This document shows, one piece after another, positions 21,145 to 31,703 of a stretch of DNA of 64,000 nucleotides. The translations under genes were made by a program, and so were the position numbers. The stretch spans positions 5,433-69,432 of the forward strand of contig CALSSZ010000008.1 in the NCBI GenBank assembly GCA_943789145.1, in the 5' to 3' direction. Origin of the DNA: an uncultured Pseudomonadales bacterium (lineage in GTDB: Bacteria; Pseudomonadota; Gammaproteobacteria; Pseudomonadales; Porticoccaceae). Under the pieces are notes generated by a model that saw only the letters and a program-made list of their open reading frames with translations, was not told where the DNA came from and ran no database searches. Position 1 is the first letter of the stretch; each line of letters starts with the position of its first letter.

Positions 21145-22207
21145 CAGCAATAGAGATAATGGGATAACGGGGCTTTTTAACAGAGCCTCGTTTTTGCTTT
21201 CTGCGCTGCTTCTGGCAACCGTTTTAGGGTTGACTGGCTGCGACTCTAGTCCGGAGATAATTACAATCTCCGGAACCAAAATGGGAACCAGCTACAGTAT
21301 CACGGTGGTAGCAGATCAGCCTGCGCCTGTGGACCTGGAGCAGCGTATTGAAGCTACCTTGGATATGATTGACCAGTCCATGTCTACCTACAAGACCGAT
21401 TCCGAGATCAGTCAGTTTAATGCCCAGCCGGTGGCAGAACCACAGATGATTAGCCCGCAGTTTGCCGATGTGCTGGATATTAGCAAGCTGGTCTGGGAGC
21501 AAAGCGATGGCGCATTTGATCCAACGGTTGGGCCCCTAGTAGATCTCTGGGGCTTTGGCCCAGTGCTCACAGATAATGTTATTCCGGGCGACGAGCAAAT
21601 TGCCCTGGCGCTTGAGAATACGGGTTACCAACACCTCAGTATAGATATGCAGATGATCAGCAAATCATCCCCCATACGCCTGGATCTATCGGCCGTCGCC
21701 AAAGGCTACGCGGTAGATCAAATCGCTGACCTGCTGGAGATGCTGGCACTGCCAGACTATCTGGTGGAGGTGGGTGGAGAGATGCGTCTCAGTGGCTCCA
21801 ACCCCAAGGGGCAGCCCTGGCGTATAGCCATTGAAATGCCAGCAATACTGCCGCAGGTGCAGCAGGTGATTAGCGCTCATAATGCAGCCATTGCCACCTC
21901 TGGGGATTACCGCAATTATTTTGAGCAGGATGGGGTGCGCTACTCCCACAGCATAGACCCGCGCACCGGCAAGCCAATTCGCCACAGCCTCGCCTCGGTG
22001 ACAGTAGTGGGTGAAACCTGCGCAGAGGCCGATGCCTGGGCAACAGCGCTAATGGTGCTGGGGGAAGAACAGGGCATGTTGCTGGCAGAGCAGTTGGGTC
22101 TGGCAATTTATATGCTGGTAAAGGAGGGCGAGGAGTTTAAGGCAATTAGCAGTGAAGCCTTTGCTCCCTACCTTATTAAGTCAGAATCAATACAGCAAGA
22201 GCCCTAA
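21128..22207 (+). CDS. apbE: FAD:protein FMN transferase lipoprotein
   Basis: Lipobox LTGC and ApbE-family sequence. Follows nqrF. Start is tentative (overlaps the nqrF end). Confidence 0.85.
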   Translation: MTSVANSNRDNGITGLFNRASFLLSALLLATVLGLTGCDSSPEIITISGTKMGTSYSITVVADQPAPVDLEQRIEATLDMIDQSMSTYKTDSEISQFNAQPVAEPQMISPQFADVLDISKLVWEQSDGAFDPTVGPLVDLWGFGPVLTDNVIPGDEQIALALENTGYQHLSIDMQMISKSSPIRLDLSAVAKGYAVDQIADLLEMLALPDYLVEVGGEMRLSGSNPKGQPWRIAIEMPAILPQVQQVISAHNAAIATSGDYRNYFEQDGVRYSHSIDPRTGKPIRHSLASVTVVGETCAEADAWATALMVLGEEQGMLLAEQLGLAIYMLVKEGEEFKAISSEAFAPYLIKSESIQQEP

Positions 22208-22218
22208 GAGAAGGTCCT

Positions 22219-22449
22219 ATGGCAGAAATTTTACTGGCAATTGTAATGTTTGGGCTGTTGATTGCGGCCATGGCAATTGGTGTACTGATGGGTGGCAAGC
22301 CTATTTCCGGTTCCTGTGGCGGCGTGGGCGCGGCCCTGGGTGAAGCCAACTACAATTGCGATATCTGTGGTGGCGATCCCAATAAATGTGATGAGCAGTC
22401 AGATTCTGCGCTAGCCTATGACGCAACCTCAGCCGATAAGGACAAATAA
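22219..22449 (+). CDS. nqrM: (Na+)-NQR maturation protein NqrM
   Basis: 76 aa with one TM plus Cys motifs GSCGG and CDICGG. Lies downstream of apbE. Confidence 0.85.
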   Translation: MAEILLAIVMFGLLIAAMAIGVLMGGKPISGSCGGVGAALGEANYNCDICGGDPNKCDEQSDSALAYDATSADKDK

Positions 22450-22454
22450 TAAGC

Positions 22455-23882
22455 ATGGCAGATTTTTCCTATGATTTAGTCGTGATTGGCAGCGGCCCGG
22501 CGGGTGAGGGCGCGGCTATGAACGCAGTCAAGCAGGGCTGGCGCGTGGCTGTTATTGACGAGCGCCACCAGGCCGGTGGCAGCTGTACCCATCTGGGAAC
22601 CATACCTTCCAAGGCGTTGCGGCAGTCGGTTCGCCGCATGATGCAGTACAACACCATGCCCATGTTCCGGGCCGTGGGCGAGCCAAAGTGGTTTTCTTTT
22701 CCCGAAGTAATGAAAGCCGCAGAAAATGTGATTACCAAACAGGTGGAAGGGCGCACCAAAGGCTATGCACGCAATCGGGTGCAGACCCATATTGGTCGTG
22801 CCAGCTTTGTTAACCCCCATGAGGTTGCAGTGACCAGCGGTGATGGCAAGGTGGTGTCGGTGAAAGGAAAACACTTCCTGCTGGCCACAGGCTCTAGCCC
22901 CTACCGCCCTGATGATATTGATTTTAGCCATCCGGCGATCTTTGATAGCGACAGCATCCTTGGGCTAGATAGCACACCGCGCAATATTATTATCTATGGT
23001 GCTGGCGTTATCGGCTGTGAATATGCCTCGATTTTCTCAGGCCTGGATACCAGGGTAGATCTGGTGAACACCAGAGAATGGCTGATGAATTTCCTCGATG
23101 ATGAAATCTCCGATGCCCTTAGCTATCACCTGCGCGACCTCAATGTGATGGTGCGCCACAACGAAGAGTACGAGCGCGTGACCACCAGCGGTAATGGTGT
23201 CACTCTGGAGCTTAAGTCAGGCAAGCGCATCCATGGTGAGGCCCTGCTCTGGTGTAATGGTCGAGCCGGTAATACCAAAGGTCTGGGTCTCGAAAATGCA
23301 GGCCTTGAGGCTGATGAGCGCGGCCAGCTTAAGGTGAATAAAGACTATCAGACCACTGTGTCTCATATCTATGCTGCGGGCGACCTGATCGGCTGGCCCT
23401 CGCTGGCAGGCGCTGCCTATGACCAGGGCCGTTTTGCAGCTTCTCATATGTGCGGCACTGATGATCAGTATCGGGTTGAAGATGTGGCCACAGGTATCTG
23501 GACCATTCCAGAGATTAGCTTTGTGGGTCAGAATGAATCTGAACTTACCGAGCAAAAAATTCCCTACGAGATTGGCCGTGCATACTTTAAAGATACCGCC
23601 CGGGCGCATATCTCTGGCGAAGAAGTGGGTATGCTAAAGATTCTTTTCCATCAGGACAGCTTGGAGATTCTGGGTATTCACTGCTTTGGTGCCGAGGCGG
23701 CAGAAATTATTCATATTGGCCAGGCTATTATGAGCCAGAAGGGCGAGGCTAACAGTATTAAGTACTTCCTGCGCACCACCTTTAACTACCCCACCATGGC
23801 CGAGGCCTATCGCATCGCGTCTATGAATGGTTTAAATCGGGTCAGTCGCGACCGCAGATCCTTTGAGGGTAAACAGGACTAG
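22455..23882 (+). CDS. sthA: soluble pyridine nucleotide transhydrogenase
   Basis: [16 protein letters not shown] motif. Length and sequence typical of SthA. Confidence 0.9.
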   Translation: MADFSYDLVVIGSGPAGEGAAMNAVKQGWRVAVIDERHQAGGSCTHLGTIPSKALRQSVRRMMQYNTMPMFRAVGEPKWFSFPEVMKAAENVITKQVEGRTKGYARNRVQTHIGRASFVNPHEVAVTSGDGKVVSVKGKHFLLATGSSPYRPDDIDFSHPAIFDSDSILGLDSTPRNIIIYGAGVIGCEYASIFSGLDTRVDLVNTREWLMNFLDDEISDALSYHLRDLNVMVRHNEEYERVTTSGNGVTLELKSGKRIHGEALLWCNGRAGNTKGLGLENAGLEADERGQLKVNKDYQTTVSHIYAAGDLIGWPSLAGAAYDQGRFAASHMCGTDDQYRVEDVATGIWTIPEISFVGQNESELTEQKIPYEIGRAYFKDTARAHISGEEVGMLKILFHQDSLEILGIHCFGAEAAEIIHIGQAIMSQKGEANSIKYFLRTTFNYPTMAEAYRIASMNGLNRVSRDRRSFEGKQD

Positions 23883-24208
23883 GGAGCGCCATCTTCAGGG
23901 TTGTCTGTTAAATCTGGATGTCTGACCACGGCGCGGAGCACCCAGTCGCCCTCAAAGTAAACTAAAAAATCCTTATATTCCCAGACAGAGATCGGAGGCT
24001 CTCCCACAGCAGCCTGCACGGTATCGGGTTCACCTCGGCTTTCAGCTACCTGATCCTTGGTTTGGCCACGCTGGGGCAGGTCCAGCGCGCTGTTTTCAGT
24101 TTGCTGGCCCAGGGGGAGCATAATTTGCTGTGCCCCCAGAGTGCCAGCCGAGCCCAGTAGCAAAACTGCTAATACAGATGATACTAACCAGTGTTTCATC
24201 CTTAACAT
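23879..24208 (-). CDS. small secreted hypothetical protein
   Basis: Signal peptide [23 protein letters not shown]. Start could be 24208 or 24199. Confidence 0.45.
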   Translation of the reverse strand: MLRMKHWLVSSVLAVLLLGSAGTLGAQQIMLPLGQQTENSALDLPQRGQTKDQVAESRGEPDTVQAAVGEPPISVWEYKDFLVYFEGDWVLRAVVRHPDLTDNPEDGAP

Positions 24209-24332
24209 CCTGTAATCTGATTATTTAATCTGTTAATTGTAGGCAATAGGTCAGGGGAAAACCTGAATTAGTTAGCATTACTGATCTCGACTCAATGTTG
24301 TTTGTCGACAGGGTTTCGGGTTTAATCCCTGC

Positions 24333-25577
24333 ATGTTTAAAAACCTCCCTCTCTTTATTGGCCTGCGCTATACCCGCAGTAAACGCCGCGAAGGCTTTGT
24401 CTCCTTTATCTCGGGCTTTTCGCTATTTGCCATGGCTCTCGGGGTGATGGCTCTAATTGTGGTGCTGTCAGTGATGAATGGCTTTGATCGCGAGATTAAG
24501 TCTCGGCTGCTGCAGGTAGTGCCCCATATTACTGGTACTTCGGTGCAGGGGGTCTCGGCAGCAGAGATTGATCAGTTGCGTGAGCGCTTGCTGGATGGTC
24601 AATCCCCAGTGATCAGTGTTACTCCCATGGCCCAGAGCTTTGTGATGCTGTCCTATCAGTCCCAGCAGCTGGGTCTGAGCATGCAGGCCATAGATCCGGG
24701 CTGGCCCAGCGCCCAGTTGCTGCAGGAGCAGATGATTAGCGGCCATGTGGAGCAGCTGCGTCCTGGGGAGTTTGGTATTATTCTGGGTAGCCAGGTGGCG
24801 CGCAGGCTCGGGGTTTTTATCGGCGATAAGCTACAGCTAACGCTACCCAAAGTTACTGTCACACCCGCGGGTATTTTCCCCCGTATCAAAAGCTTTGTGG
24901 TCACTGGAATTTTTCAGGTGGGTGCTCAGGTAGACAGTTCGGTAAGCTTTGTTCATCAGCGCGATGCGCGTAAATTATTGCAACTTGGCGAGCGCTATCA
25001 GGGTGTTCAGCTAACTCTGGATGATGCCTATCAGGCAGATAGCTGGCTGGCCAATAACCCTCAGCCTCTGGCCGGTCAAAACTGGCGCACCTGGACCCAG
25101 TCAATGGGTACCTTATTCCAGGCCATGCGCATGGAGAAACTGGTGGTGAGCCTGCTGTTATCTGTCATTATTGCGGTGGCGGCCTTTAATATTATTGCCA
25201 GTCTGGTGCTGATGGTTGCGGATAAGCGCAGTGATATCGCTGTGGTGCGAACATTGGGCGCATCCTCAGCTATGGTGATAAAGGTATTTATGGTGCAGGG
25301 TTTAGCCGTAGGGTTTTTGGGTATTTTTGTGGGTACTGTGCTCGGCTGTCTGTTGGCCATTTTTATTGGAGATATTGTGAGCTTTATTGAAACTCTGTTT
25401 GGAGTCTATCTGTTTGATCCCTCGGTCTACTTGATTAGCGCACTGCCATCCAGGTTGCTGGCTGGCGATGTGGCCACGGTGGTGCTCAGTGCGGGGGCCC
25501 TTAGTTTTCTGGCGACTCTGTATCCGGCCTGGCGGGCGGGTCAGGTATTACCTGCCGAGGCTCTGCGCTATGACTGA
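24333..25577 (+). CDS. lolC: lipoprotein-releasing ABC transporter permease
   Basis: MacB/FtsX-type LolC/E topology. First gene of the lolCDE order. Confidence 0.9.
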   Translation: MFKNLPLFIGLRYTRSKRREGFVSFISGFSLFAMALGVMALIVVLSVMNGFDREIKSRLLQVVPHITGTSVQGVSAAEIDQLRERLLDGQSPVISVTPMAQSFVMLSYQSQQLGLSMQAIDPGWPSAQLLQEQMISGHVEQLRPGEFGIILGSQVARRLGVFIGDKLQLTLPKVTVTPAGIFPRIKSFVVTGIFQVGAQVDSSVSFVHQRDARKLLQLGERYQGVQLTLDDAYQADSWLANNPQPLAGQNWRTWTQSMGTLFQAMRMEKLVVSLLLSVIIAVAAFNIIASLVLMVADKRSDIAVVRTLGASSAMVIKVFMVQGLAVGFLGIFVGTVLGCLLAIFIGDIVSFIETLFGVYLFDPSVYLISALPSRLLAGDVATVVLSAGALSFLATLYPAWRAGQVLPAEALRYD

Positions 25578-26265
25578 TAAAGCGGTATTGGTGGCCTCGA
25601 GTCTGCATCGCAGTTATCAGCAGGCGGGCAGCGATAATGATCTGGCAGTGCTGCAGGGCGTGGATCTGGAGATTCAGGCGGGCGAAAAGCTGGCCATTAT
25701 TGGTGTCTCTGGTTCAGGCAAAACAACTTTGCTAAATGTACTGGGTGGGCTGGATGACCCCGATGCAGGTTCGGTGCAGGTCTGCGGCACTGATTGGAAC
25801 GACCTGGATGCCACCCGGCGCGCCAGCTGGCGCAATCAGCATCTGGGCTTTGTCTATCAATTTCACCATCTGTTGGCAGAGTTTTCGGCTCTGGAAAATG
25901 TTGCGCTGCCGCTGCTGATTGGTGGCGCATCTGTTAAACAGGCCCGAGAGCGGGCCTCACAACTTCTGGCGCGAGTGGGGTTGGCTGAGCGCTTACAGCA
26001 TCAGCCTGCCGAACTGTCTGGCGGTGAGCGCCAGCGTGTGGCCATTGCCAGGGCTCTGGTCACTCAGCCTGCCTTGGTGCTGATGGATGAGCCCACAGGT
26101 AATCTGGACCCTCACACCGCCGCTTCTATGCTGGATCTGCTAATGGAGCTGAATGAAACTCTGGGTATTTCTACTGTGATGGTGACCCATGATCCGGCCA
26201 TTGCCGCCCGCATGGATCGGGCAGTTCGTTTAGTAGACGGCGTTTTGGAGCCGGCTATTGTTTAA
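25570..26265 (+). CDS. lolD: lipoprotein-releasing ABC transporter ATP-binding protein
   Basis: Walker A GVSGSGKTT and signature LSGGERQR. ATG 25570 overlaps the lolC stop. Confidence 0.9.
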   Translation: MTDKAVLVASSLHRSYQQAGSDNDLAVLQGVDLEIQAGEKLAIIGVSGSGKTTLLNVLGGLDDPDAGSVQVCGTDWNDLDATRRASWRNQHLGFVYQFHHLLAEFSALENVALPLLIGGASVKQARERASQLLARVGLAERLQHQPAELSGGERQRVAIARALVTQPALVLMDEPTGNLDPHTAASMLDLLMELNETLGISTVMVTHDPAIAARMDRAVRLVDGVLEPAIV

Positions 26266-27481
26266 GTCGGTACCAGCCTTTGTCGGCCTGCGCTACTTTA
26301 CCTCTGGTGGTCGGGGCGGTCTGCTGGTTTCATTTATTTCAATGCTGGCCATTGCTGGTCTGGCACTGGGTGTTGCGCTGCTGGTTGTGGTGCTCTCGGT
26401 GATGAATGGTTTTGATCGCGAACTGCGCGAGCGTATTCTCTCCGTGGTGCCGCATATTCAGCTAATTCACGGAATAGGGGTAAGCGACTGGCCTGCCCAG
26501 AGCCAATTAATAGCTGGTCTGGACCAGGTGACCGAAGTAACCCCCTACAATGAGGCTGAGGGGCTGATACACAGTGGCCAGCAAACTAGGCCAATACAGC
26601 TGCTCGGGCTCTCTGCCAGGGCTGTGCCCGCTGGGCTTGAGGATGTTATCCGCGGGGCTGGCCTGGCTATTCCGCAATCTGGCCAGCTGCTGTTGCCCCA
26701 GCCTCTCGCCGAAGATTTAAATGTGGCTGTGGGCCAGCAGGTAACAGTGATAGTTCCGGCTATCAATGGCAGCGCTACTGCCGCCTATAGTTTTCTGGTG
26801 ACCGGTATTTTTGCCACCCATACCGAGCTGGATCAGATTCTGGGACTGGCCTCTCTTGAGCAGGTGGGCAGCATAGCCGGGGTCGAGGGGCTGGTGCAGG
26901 GCTTTAGATTGCAGGTGGAAGATCAGTTTGATGCTCGGGATACAGGCTATCGGCTGCTCGAACAGCTGCCCTTTGGCTACGGCTTTCGCGACTGGTTTCA
27001 AACCCATGGCAACCTCTATCAGGCCATTCAGTTGTCGCGTAATCTGGTGGGTCTGCTAATCTTTTTAATTGTCGCCATTGCGACCTTTAATGTGGTGTCC
27101 ATGCTAATGATGTCTGTGGTCAACAAGCGTAGTGATATTGCTATCCTGCAGACTCTGGGGCTGTCCCGGTCGGCCATTGTGCAGCTGTTTTTAATTCAGG
27201 GCGCCATGATAGGTCTGTTTGGCATAGCACTAGGGGTGTTACTGGGCATTATTGGTTGTTACTGGGTGGCGGATCTGGTGCTCTGGGTTGAATCCCTTAT
27301 AGGTGCCAGCTTTCTGAATACGGCGGTTTATCCGATTGATTATATTCCGGTTGATTTACGCTGGGGGGATGTGGCGCAAATTGCAGCGGTGGCCATTGTG
27401 TTAAATCTAGTGGCTACCATATACCCTGCACTGCGCGCCAGTCGCATGGTGCCCGCTGAAGAACTGCGTTTTGAGGGCTAG
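26258..27481 (+). CDS. lolE: lipoprotein-releasing ABC transporter permease
   Basis: Paralog of lolC. TTG start overlapping the lolD stop. Confidence 0.85.
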   Translation: MFKSVPAFVGLRYFTSGGRGGLLVSFISMLAIAGLALGVALLVVVLSVMNGFDRELRERILSVVPHIQLIHGIGVSDWPAQSQLIAGLDQVTEVTPYNEAEGLIHSGQQTRPIQLLGLSARAVPAGLEDVIRGAGLAIPQSGQLLLPQPLAEDLNVAVGQQVTVIVPAINGSATAAYSFLVTGIFATHTELDQILGLASLEQVGSIAGVEGLVQGFRLQVEDQFDARDTGYRLLEQLPFGYGFRDWFQTHGNLYQAIQLSRNLVGLLIFLIVAIATFNVVSMLMMSVVNKRSDIAILQTLGLSRSAIVQLFLIQGAMIGLFGIALGVLLGIIGCYWVADLVLWVESLIGASFLNTAVYPIDYIPVDLRWGDVAQIAAVAIVLNLVATIYPALRASRMVPAEELRFEG

Positions 27482-28008
27482 ACCTTGCCGCCGTTGTGGC
27501 GCTGGTCTTTGCGTATTTCCCAGTTTTTTACTACCTTCCAGCGCCACAGATAGAGAATAAAGAAATAGCCAATAGAGGCTAGAATAATGCCGCTCAGCAG
27601 GCTGCCAGCTATCAGCGGCAACAGTATCCCGGAACCCAGATTCGAAAACCATTCCCAGGACATGGTTACGGTGAAGTTTACCGGCTCACTGCCCAGTAGA
27701 AAACTGCCCAGCTGGTGGGTCAAATAAAACATAGGAGGAATAGTGAGGGGGTTGCTGATCCAGATTGTCATCAGGCCTATAGGCAGGTTTGCTCCCAGCC
27801 AAAAACACATGGCCGCGGCTATCAGCGTCTGAATTGGCAATGGTATAAAGGCACAAAAAATACCCACAAATACTCCCAGAGAGACCGAGTGACGGTTAAG
27901 GTGCAGCAGATTTGGGTCATGGGTTAAGGAGTTGATCCAGCGCAGCGAGGGACGCTGCAGCAGCTTGCCGATATCAGGTAGAAAGCGATGAATAATTTTT
28001 CGCGGCAT
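27478..28008 (-). CDS. DUF2062-like membrane protein
   Basis: 176 aa with a basic N-terminus followed by 3-4 TM segments. Family assignment is from memory. Confidence 0.55.
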   Translation of the reverse strand: MPRKIIHRFLPDIGKLLQRPSLRWINSLTHDPNLLHLNRHSVSLGVFVGIFCAFIPLPIQTLIAAAMCFWLGANLPIGLMTIWISNPLTIPPMFYLTHQLGSFLLGSEPVNFTVTMSWEWFSNLGSGILLPLIAGSLLSGIILASIGYFFILYLWRWKVVKNWEIRKDQRHNGGKV

Positions 28009-28156
28009 AGAGTTTCTTTTTCAGGTCAGCGACTGCGGCTATTATGCCCGCAATATTTTTTTGTAACCAGTGTAAAACGCCCTTAAAACCAGACAAAATT
28101 TTGCGCCCGAGATACAATGATAGATTGAAACCAACAACCTATTTGGATGCATTCAT

Positions 28157-29104
28157 TTGAAACAGCAAAGCGAGCCAGCTCTGGCGATTAGTCAGCTTAG
28201 TAAAACCTATGAGGGTGGCTTTCAGGCCCTGAAGTCGATTGATCTGAATGTGGCTCCCGGTGACTTCTTTGCCCTGCTTGGGCCCAATGGTGCTGGTAAG
28301 TCCACAACCATCGGCATTATCTGTTCTCTGGTGCGCAAGACCAGCGGTTCGGTCAGAGTATTTGGCCATGATATAGACCAGGATTTTAGTACTGCAAAAC
28401 AGTTTGTTGGCGTGGTGCCCCAGGAATTTAACTTTAATCAGTTTGAAAAGCCCATTGATATTCTGGTTAACCAGGCGGGCTACTATGGCATTCCCTCCAA
28501 GGTTGCCTATGAGCGTGCCGAGAAATATCTCAAGCAGCTGGCGCTGTGGGACAAGCGCGATACGCCGTCGCGAACTCTTTCCGGAGGCATGAAACGCCGA
28601 CTGATGATTGCCCGGGCGCTGATTCATGAACCCAGATTGCTGGTACTCGACGAGCCTACTGCTGGCGTGGATATAGAACTGCGCCGCTCAATGTGGGAGT
28701 TTCTTCAGGAGATCAATCGCCAGGGCACCACTATTATTTTGACCACCCATTATCTGGAAGAGGCTGAGAGCCTGTGTCGCAATATTGCCATTATTGATCA
28801 TGGTCAGATTGTTAAAAACACCAGTATCCGAGAGTTATTAAAGCAGCTCAATAAGGAGACCTTTGTATTGGATACCCGCGAGGCGCTGGATAGCTGCCCC
28901 GAGGTTGAGGGTTATCCGCTGACGATGGTCGACGACCATAGTCTGGAGGTGGCCATTGATAAATCCCAGTCAGTGAATAAGCTGTTTGCGGCGCTGACCG
29001 AGCAGGGCATCCATGTGTTGAGCATGCGCAATAAGAGCAATCGATTAGAGGAACTTTTCTTTGATCTGGTGGAGAAAAACCTGCAGGAGAACGACCATGA
29101 ATAA
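28157..29104 (+). CDS. yadG: ABC-2 type transporter ATP-binding protein (YadG-like)
   Basis: Close resemblance to E. coli YadG along its whole length (GPNGAGKSTTIG, LSGGMKRRLMIARAL, TTHYLEEAE). TTG start. Confidence 0.85.
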   Translation: MKQQSEPALAISQLSKTYEGGFQALKSIDLNVAPGDFFALLGPNGAGKSTTIGIICSLVRKTSGSVRVFGHDIDQDFSTAKQFVGVVPQEFNFNQFEKPIDILVNQAGYYGIPSKVAYERAEKYLKQLALWDKRDTPSRTLSGGMKRRLMIARALIHEPRLLVLDEPTAGVDIELRRSMWEFLQEINRQGTTIILTTHYLEEAESLCRNIAIIDHGQIVKNTSIRELLKQLNKETFVLDTREALDSCPEVEGYPLTMVDDHSLEVAIDKSQSVNKLFAALTEQGIHVLSMRNKSNRLEELFFDLVEKNLQENDHE

Positions 29105-29870
29105 TAGCCAAAAGTGGATTGCTTTTAGCACCATTGTGCGTCGCGAAATTCATCGCTTTCTGCGTATCTGGCCCCAGACTCTGGTGCCGCCAATTATTAC
29201 CATCGCGCTTTATTTTGTGATTTTTGGCCGACTGATTGGCTCGCGTATCGGCGAGATGTCAGAGCTGCCCTATATTCAGTTTGTGGCGCCGGGATTGATA
29301 ATGATGTCGGTAATTACCAACTCTTACTCCAATGTGGTGTCGTCTTTTTACGGCTCTAAATTCCAGCGTAATATTGAAGAGTTGCTGGTGTCGCCAACCC
29401 CCAACTGGATTATTTTGCTCGGCTATGTGGTCGGCGGTATGAGTCGCGGATTGGGTGTGGGCGCTATGGTGACATTGCTGTCGCTGTACTTTGCCGACTT
29501 TAGTCTGCACAGCCTGCCCATAACCATTGGCATTGTGTTGATGACCTCATTGATGTTTAGTCTGGCTGGCTTGATTAATGCCATTTTTGCCGGCAGCTTT
29601 GACGATATTTCTATTATCCCCACCTTTGTTTTAACACCATTGATCTATCTGGGCGGAGTATTTTATTCCACCGATATGCTTGGCGACTTCTGGGGCTCAG
29701 TATCGCTGATTAACCCAATACTCTATATGGTCAATGCCTTTCGCTACGGAATGGTAGGCATCACAGATATCAATGTCGCCTGGTCGTTTATAATGGTGGG
29801 ACTGTTCTCTGTGGTGCTATTTGGCGTAGCGTTGCGACTGCTGGAGAAGGGCAGCAGGTTGCGCAGCTAA
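29097..29870 (+). CDS. yadH: ABC-2 type transporter permease (YadH-like)
   Basis: Six-TM ABC-2 permease. ATG 29097 overlaps the yadG stop. Confidence 0.8.
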   Translation: MNNSQKWIAFSTIVRREIHRFLRIWPQTLVPPIITIALYFVIFGRLIGSRIGEMSELPYIQFVAPGLIMMSVITNSYSNVVSSFYGSKFQRNIEELLVSPTPNWIILLGYVVGGMSRGLGVGAMVTLLSLYFADFSLHSLPITIGIVLMTSLMFSLAGLINAIFAGSFDDISIIPTFVLTPLIYLGGVFYSTDMLGDFWGSVSLINPILYMVNAFRYGMVGITDINVAWSFIMVGLFSVVLFGVALRLLEKGSRLRS

Positions 29871-30691
29871 TGGCAGATTATTCAGATACAGGGCTGGGTA
29901 AAGATACTGGCTATAGTGATCAGTACGATGCGTCGCTGCTGTATCCCATTCCCCGCAGCAAAGCGCGTGGCGCTGATAACAGCGCAACACTGCCATTTGT
30001 GGGTGTAGACCTCTGGACTGCCTTTGAGATTTCCTGGTTAAATCCGGATGGCTTGCCGCAGCTGGCTATTGGGGAATTTATATTTCCCTGCACCAGCAGT
30101 GCCATTGTTGAGTCCAAGTCATTTAAGCTATATCTCAACTCGTTTATTCAGACCCAGTTTGGCTCCATGGAGGAAGTCAGTGAGATATTGAGTGCTGACC
30201 TGTCTTCAGTTACCGACGCCAGTGTTGATGTTGTGCTCTATGAGATAGCTGAGTACAACGGCTTTAAGCCGATTTCAGAGCCCGATGGCATCTGTATCGA
30301 CCAGCAGTCACTGGCCATAGACAACTATCAACCAGAACCGGAATTTTTGTCAGCCGACACTGATTCTACAGTCACTGAAATTGTCTATTCTCATCTGCTA
30401 AAAACCAACTGTCCGGTTACCGACCAACCTGATTGGGCCTCTGTGTATATTAGTTACACAGGGCCGGCAATTGACAGGGCAGGGTTACTAAAATATATAG
30501 TTTCGTTTCGCCAGCACCAGGATTTTCATGAGCAATGTGTCGAGAAAATCTTTACCGATATACTGCAGCGCTGTGCACCCACAGAGTTGAGTGTCTATGC
30601 CCGCTATATGCGCCGCGGTGGTTTGGATATCAACCCTTTTCGTAGCACGGTGCAGACCATGCCGCCCAGCTACCGCCAGGTGCGTCAGTAG
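29870..30691 (+). CDS. queF: NADPH-dependent 7-cyano-7-deazaguanine reductase (bimodular type)
   Basis: QueF motif VESKSFKLYLNSF. 273 aa, the two-domain form. Confidence 0.9.
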   Translation: MADYSDTGLGKDTGYSDQYDASLLYPIPRSKARGADNSATLPFVGVDLWTAFEISWLNPDGLPQLAIGEFIFPCTSSAIVESKSFKLYLNSFIQTQFGSMEEVSEILSADLSSVTDASVDVVLYEIAEYNGFKPISEPDGICIDQQSLAIDNYQPEPEFLSADTDSTVTEIVYSHLLKTNCPVTDQPDWASVYISYTGPAIDRAGLLKYIVSFRQHQDFHEQCVEKIFTDILQRCAPTELSVYARYMRRGGLDINPFRSTVQTMPPSYRQVRQ

Positions 30692-30738
30692 CCATAGCTG
30701 AAAGCCAGCAGTGCCTATTAGCCAGTTGACAGAGGCTG

Positions 30739-31593
30739 TTATGTAAGGCTGGTTTTTAAAAACTCAGTGAGCAGGTGGACCGCCTCATTATTAGCGCGGC
30801 GCTTTGAAGCCAGCAAACTAATACCAACCTTGCCCAGATCTGGAAAACGAGACGATGGTGGCAGTATTCTTAGATTTTCTGGCACTGTGCTCTTGGCCAG
30901 CACGGTCACTCCCAGCCCCTCCTGAATCGCCTGCTGTATGCCACTTAAATCTGGAATGGTATAAACAATCTGCCAGGGTTGCTGTATCTGATCTAGCATG
31001 CCAGTGGCTCTCTGTCTGTAGATGCAGCCTTCGGCCGCGGCAATCAGCGGTACTATGGGCGCTTTCTGGATACTGTGATCGGCGCTGCAGACCCAGACCA
31101 GATCATCGGTTTTCACCAGATCGGACCAGGTTTTAGATGGGTTGTCCTCCAGCGCAAGAATCAAGTCATGGTTCTGCTTGCCAGCCTTGGATAGCAGGTT
31201 TTTACTTAACTCACAGTTTACTTCCAATGTGATATTGGGGTAGGCGCTGGCAAAACGGCTTACAATTTTTGGTAGCAATATAGTGGCAAATTCGCTGGGA
31301 ATACCCAGGCGGATTTTCCCTGAAACGGCACTTTTTGATAGCTCGCTAATGGCCAGATCATTTAAGGATAGAATTTGATTGGCATAACCATAGAGGCTGT
31401 TACCAGCTTCGCTGAGTTCCAGGCTTCTGCCGTTGCGGGTAAATAATGTCTCGTCCACCAATTCTTCCAGGCGCTGTATCTGCAGACTGACTGCCGGTTG
31501 CGACCTGCCGAGTATTTCACCGGCTTTAGTAAAGCTGCCAAGCTGGGCCACAGAGACAAAGGCTCTAAGCAACTCCATGGGCAGATTTTTCAT
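30739..31593 (-). CDS. LysR family transcriptional regulator
   Basis: HTH GSFTKAGEILGRSQPAVSLQIQRLE. Divergent from gcvT. Confidence 0.85.
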   Translation of the reverse strand: MKNLPMELLRAFVSVAQLGSFTKAGEILGRSQPAVSLQIQRLEELVDETLFTRNGRSLELSEAGNSLYGYANQILSLNDLAISELSKSAVSGKIRLGIPSEFATILLPKIVSRFASAYPNITLEVNCELSKNLLSKAGKQNHDLILALEDNPSKTWSDLVKTDDLVWVCSADHSIQKAPIVPLIAAAEGCIYRQRATGMLDQIQQPWQIVYTIPDLSGIQQAIQEGLGVTVLAKSTVPENLRILPPSSRFPDLGKVGISLLASKRRANNEAVHLLTEFLKTSLT

Positions 31594-31602
31594 AGCGCAC
31601 CT

Positions 31603-31625
31603 ATGTATTTAGAATATTAATACAT
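31603..31625. promoter_or_regulatory. AT-rich inverted repeat in the LysR/gcvT divergent region (candidate LTTR site)
   Basis: ATGTATT-N9-AATACAT, 10 nt from the LysR start codon. Confidence 0.3.
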
Positions 31626-31703
31626 GCATTATAGCTATTAATTTAACAAATTGTAGTCGAGGCTCTATTATTCCAGTCTATTAGCGTCAAAAAGCGTCTA
31701 GCA

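Noticed and set aside
31594-31703. Glycine riboswitch upstream of gcvT.
   Set aside because: The spacer is only 110 nt and very AT-rich, and I could not find the conserved GGAGAG / ACCGAAGGGGCAA-type cores. No covariance-model scan was possible, so this is a by-eye rejection.
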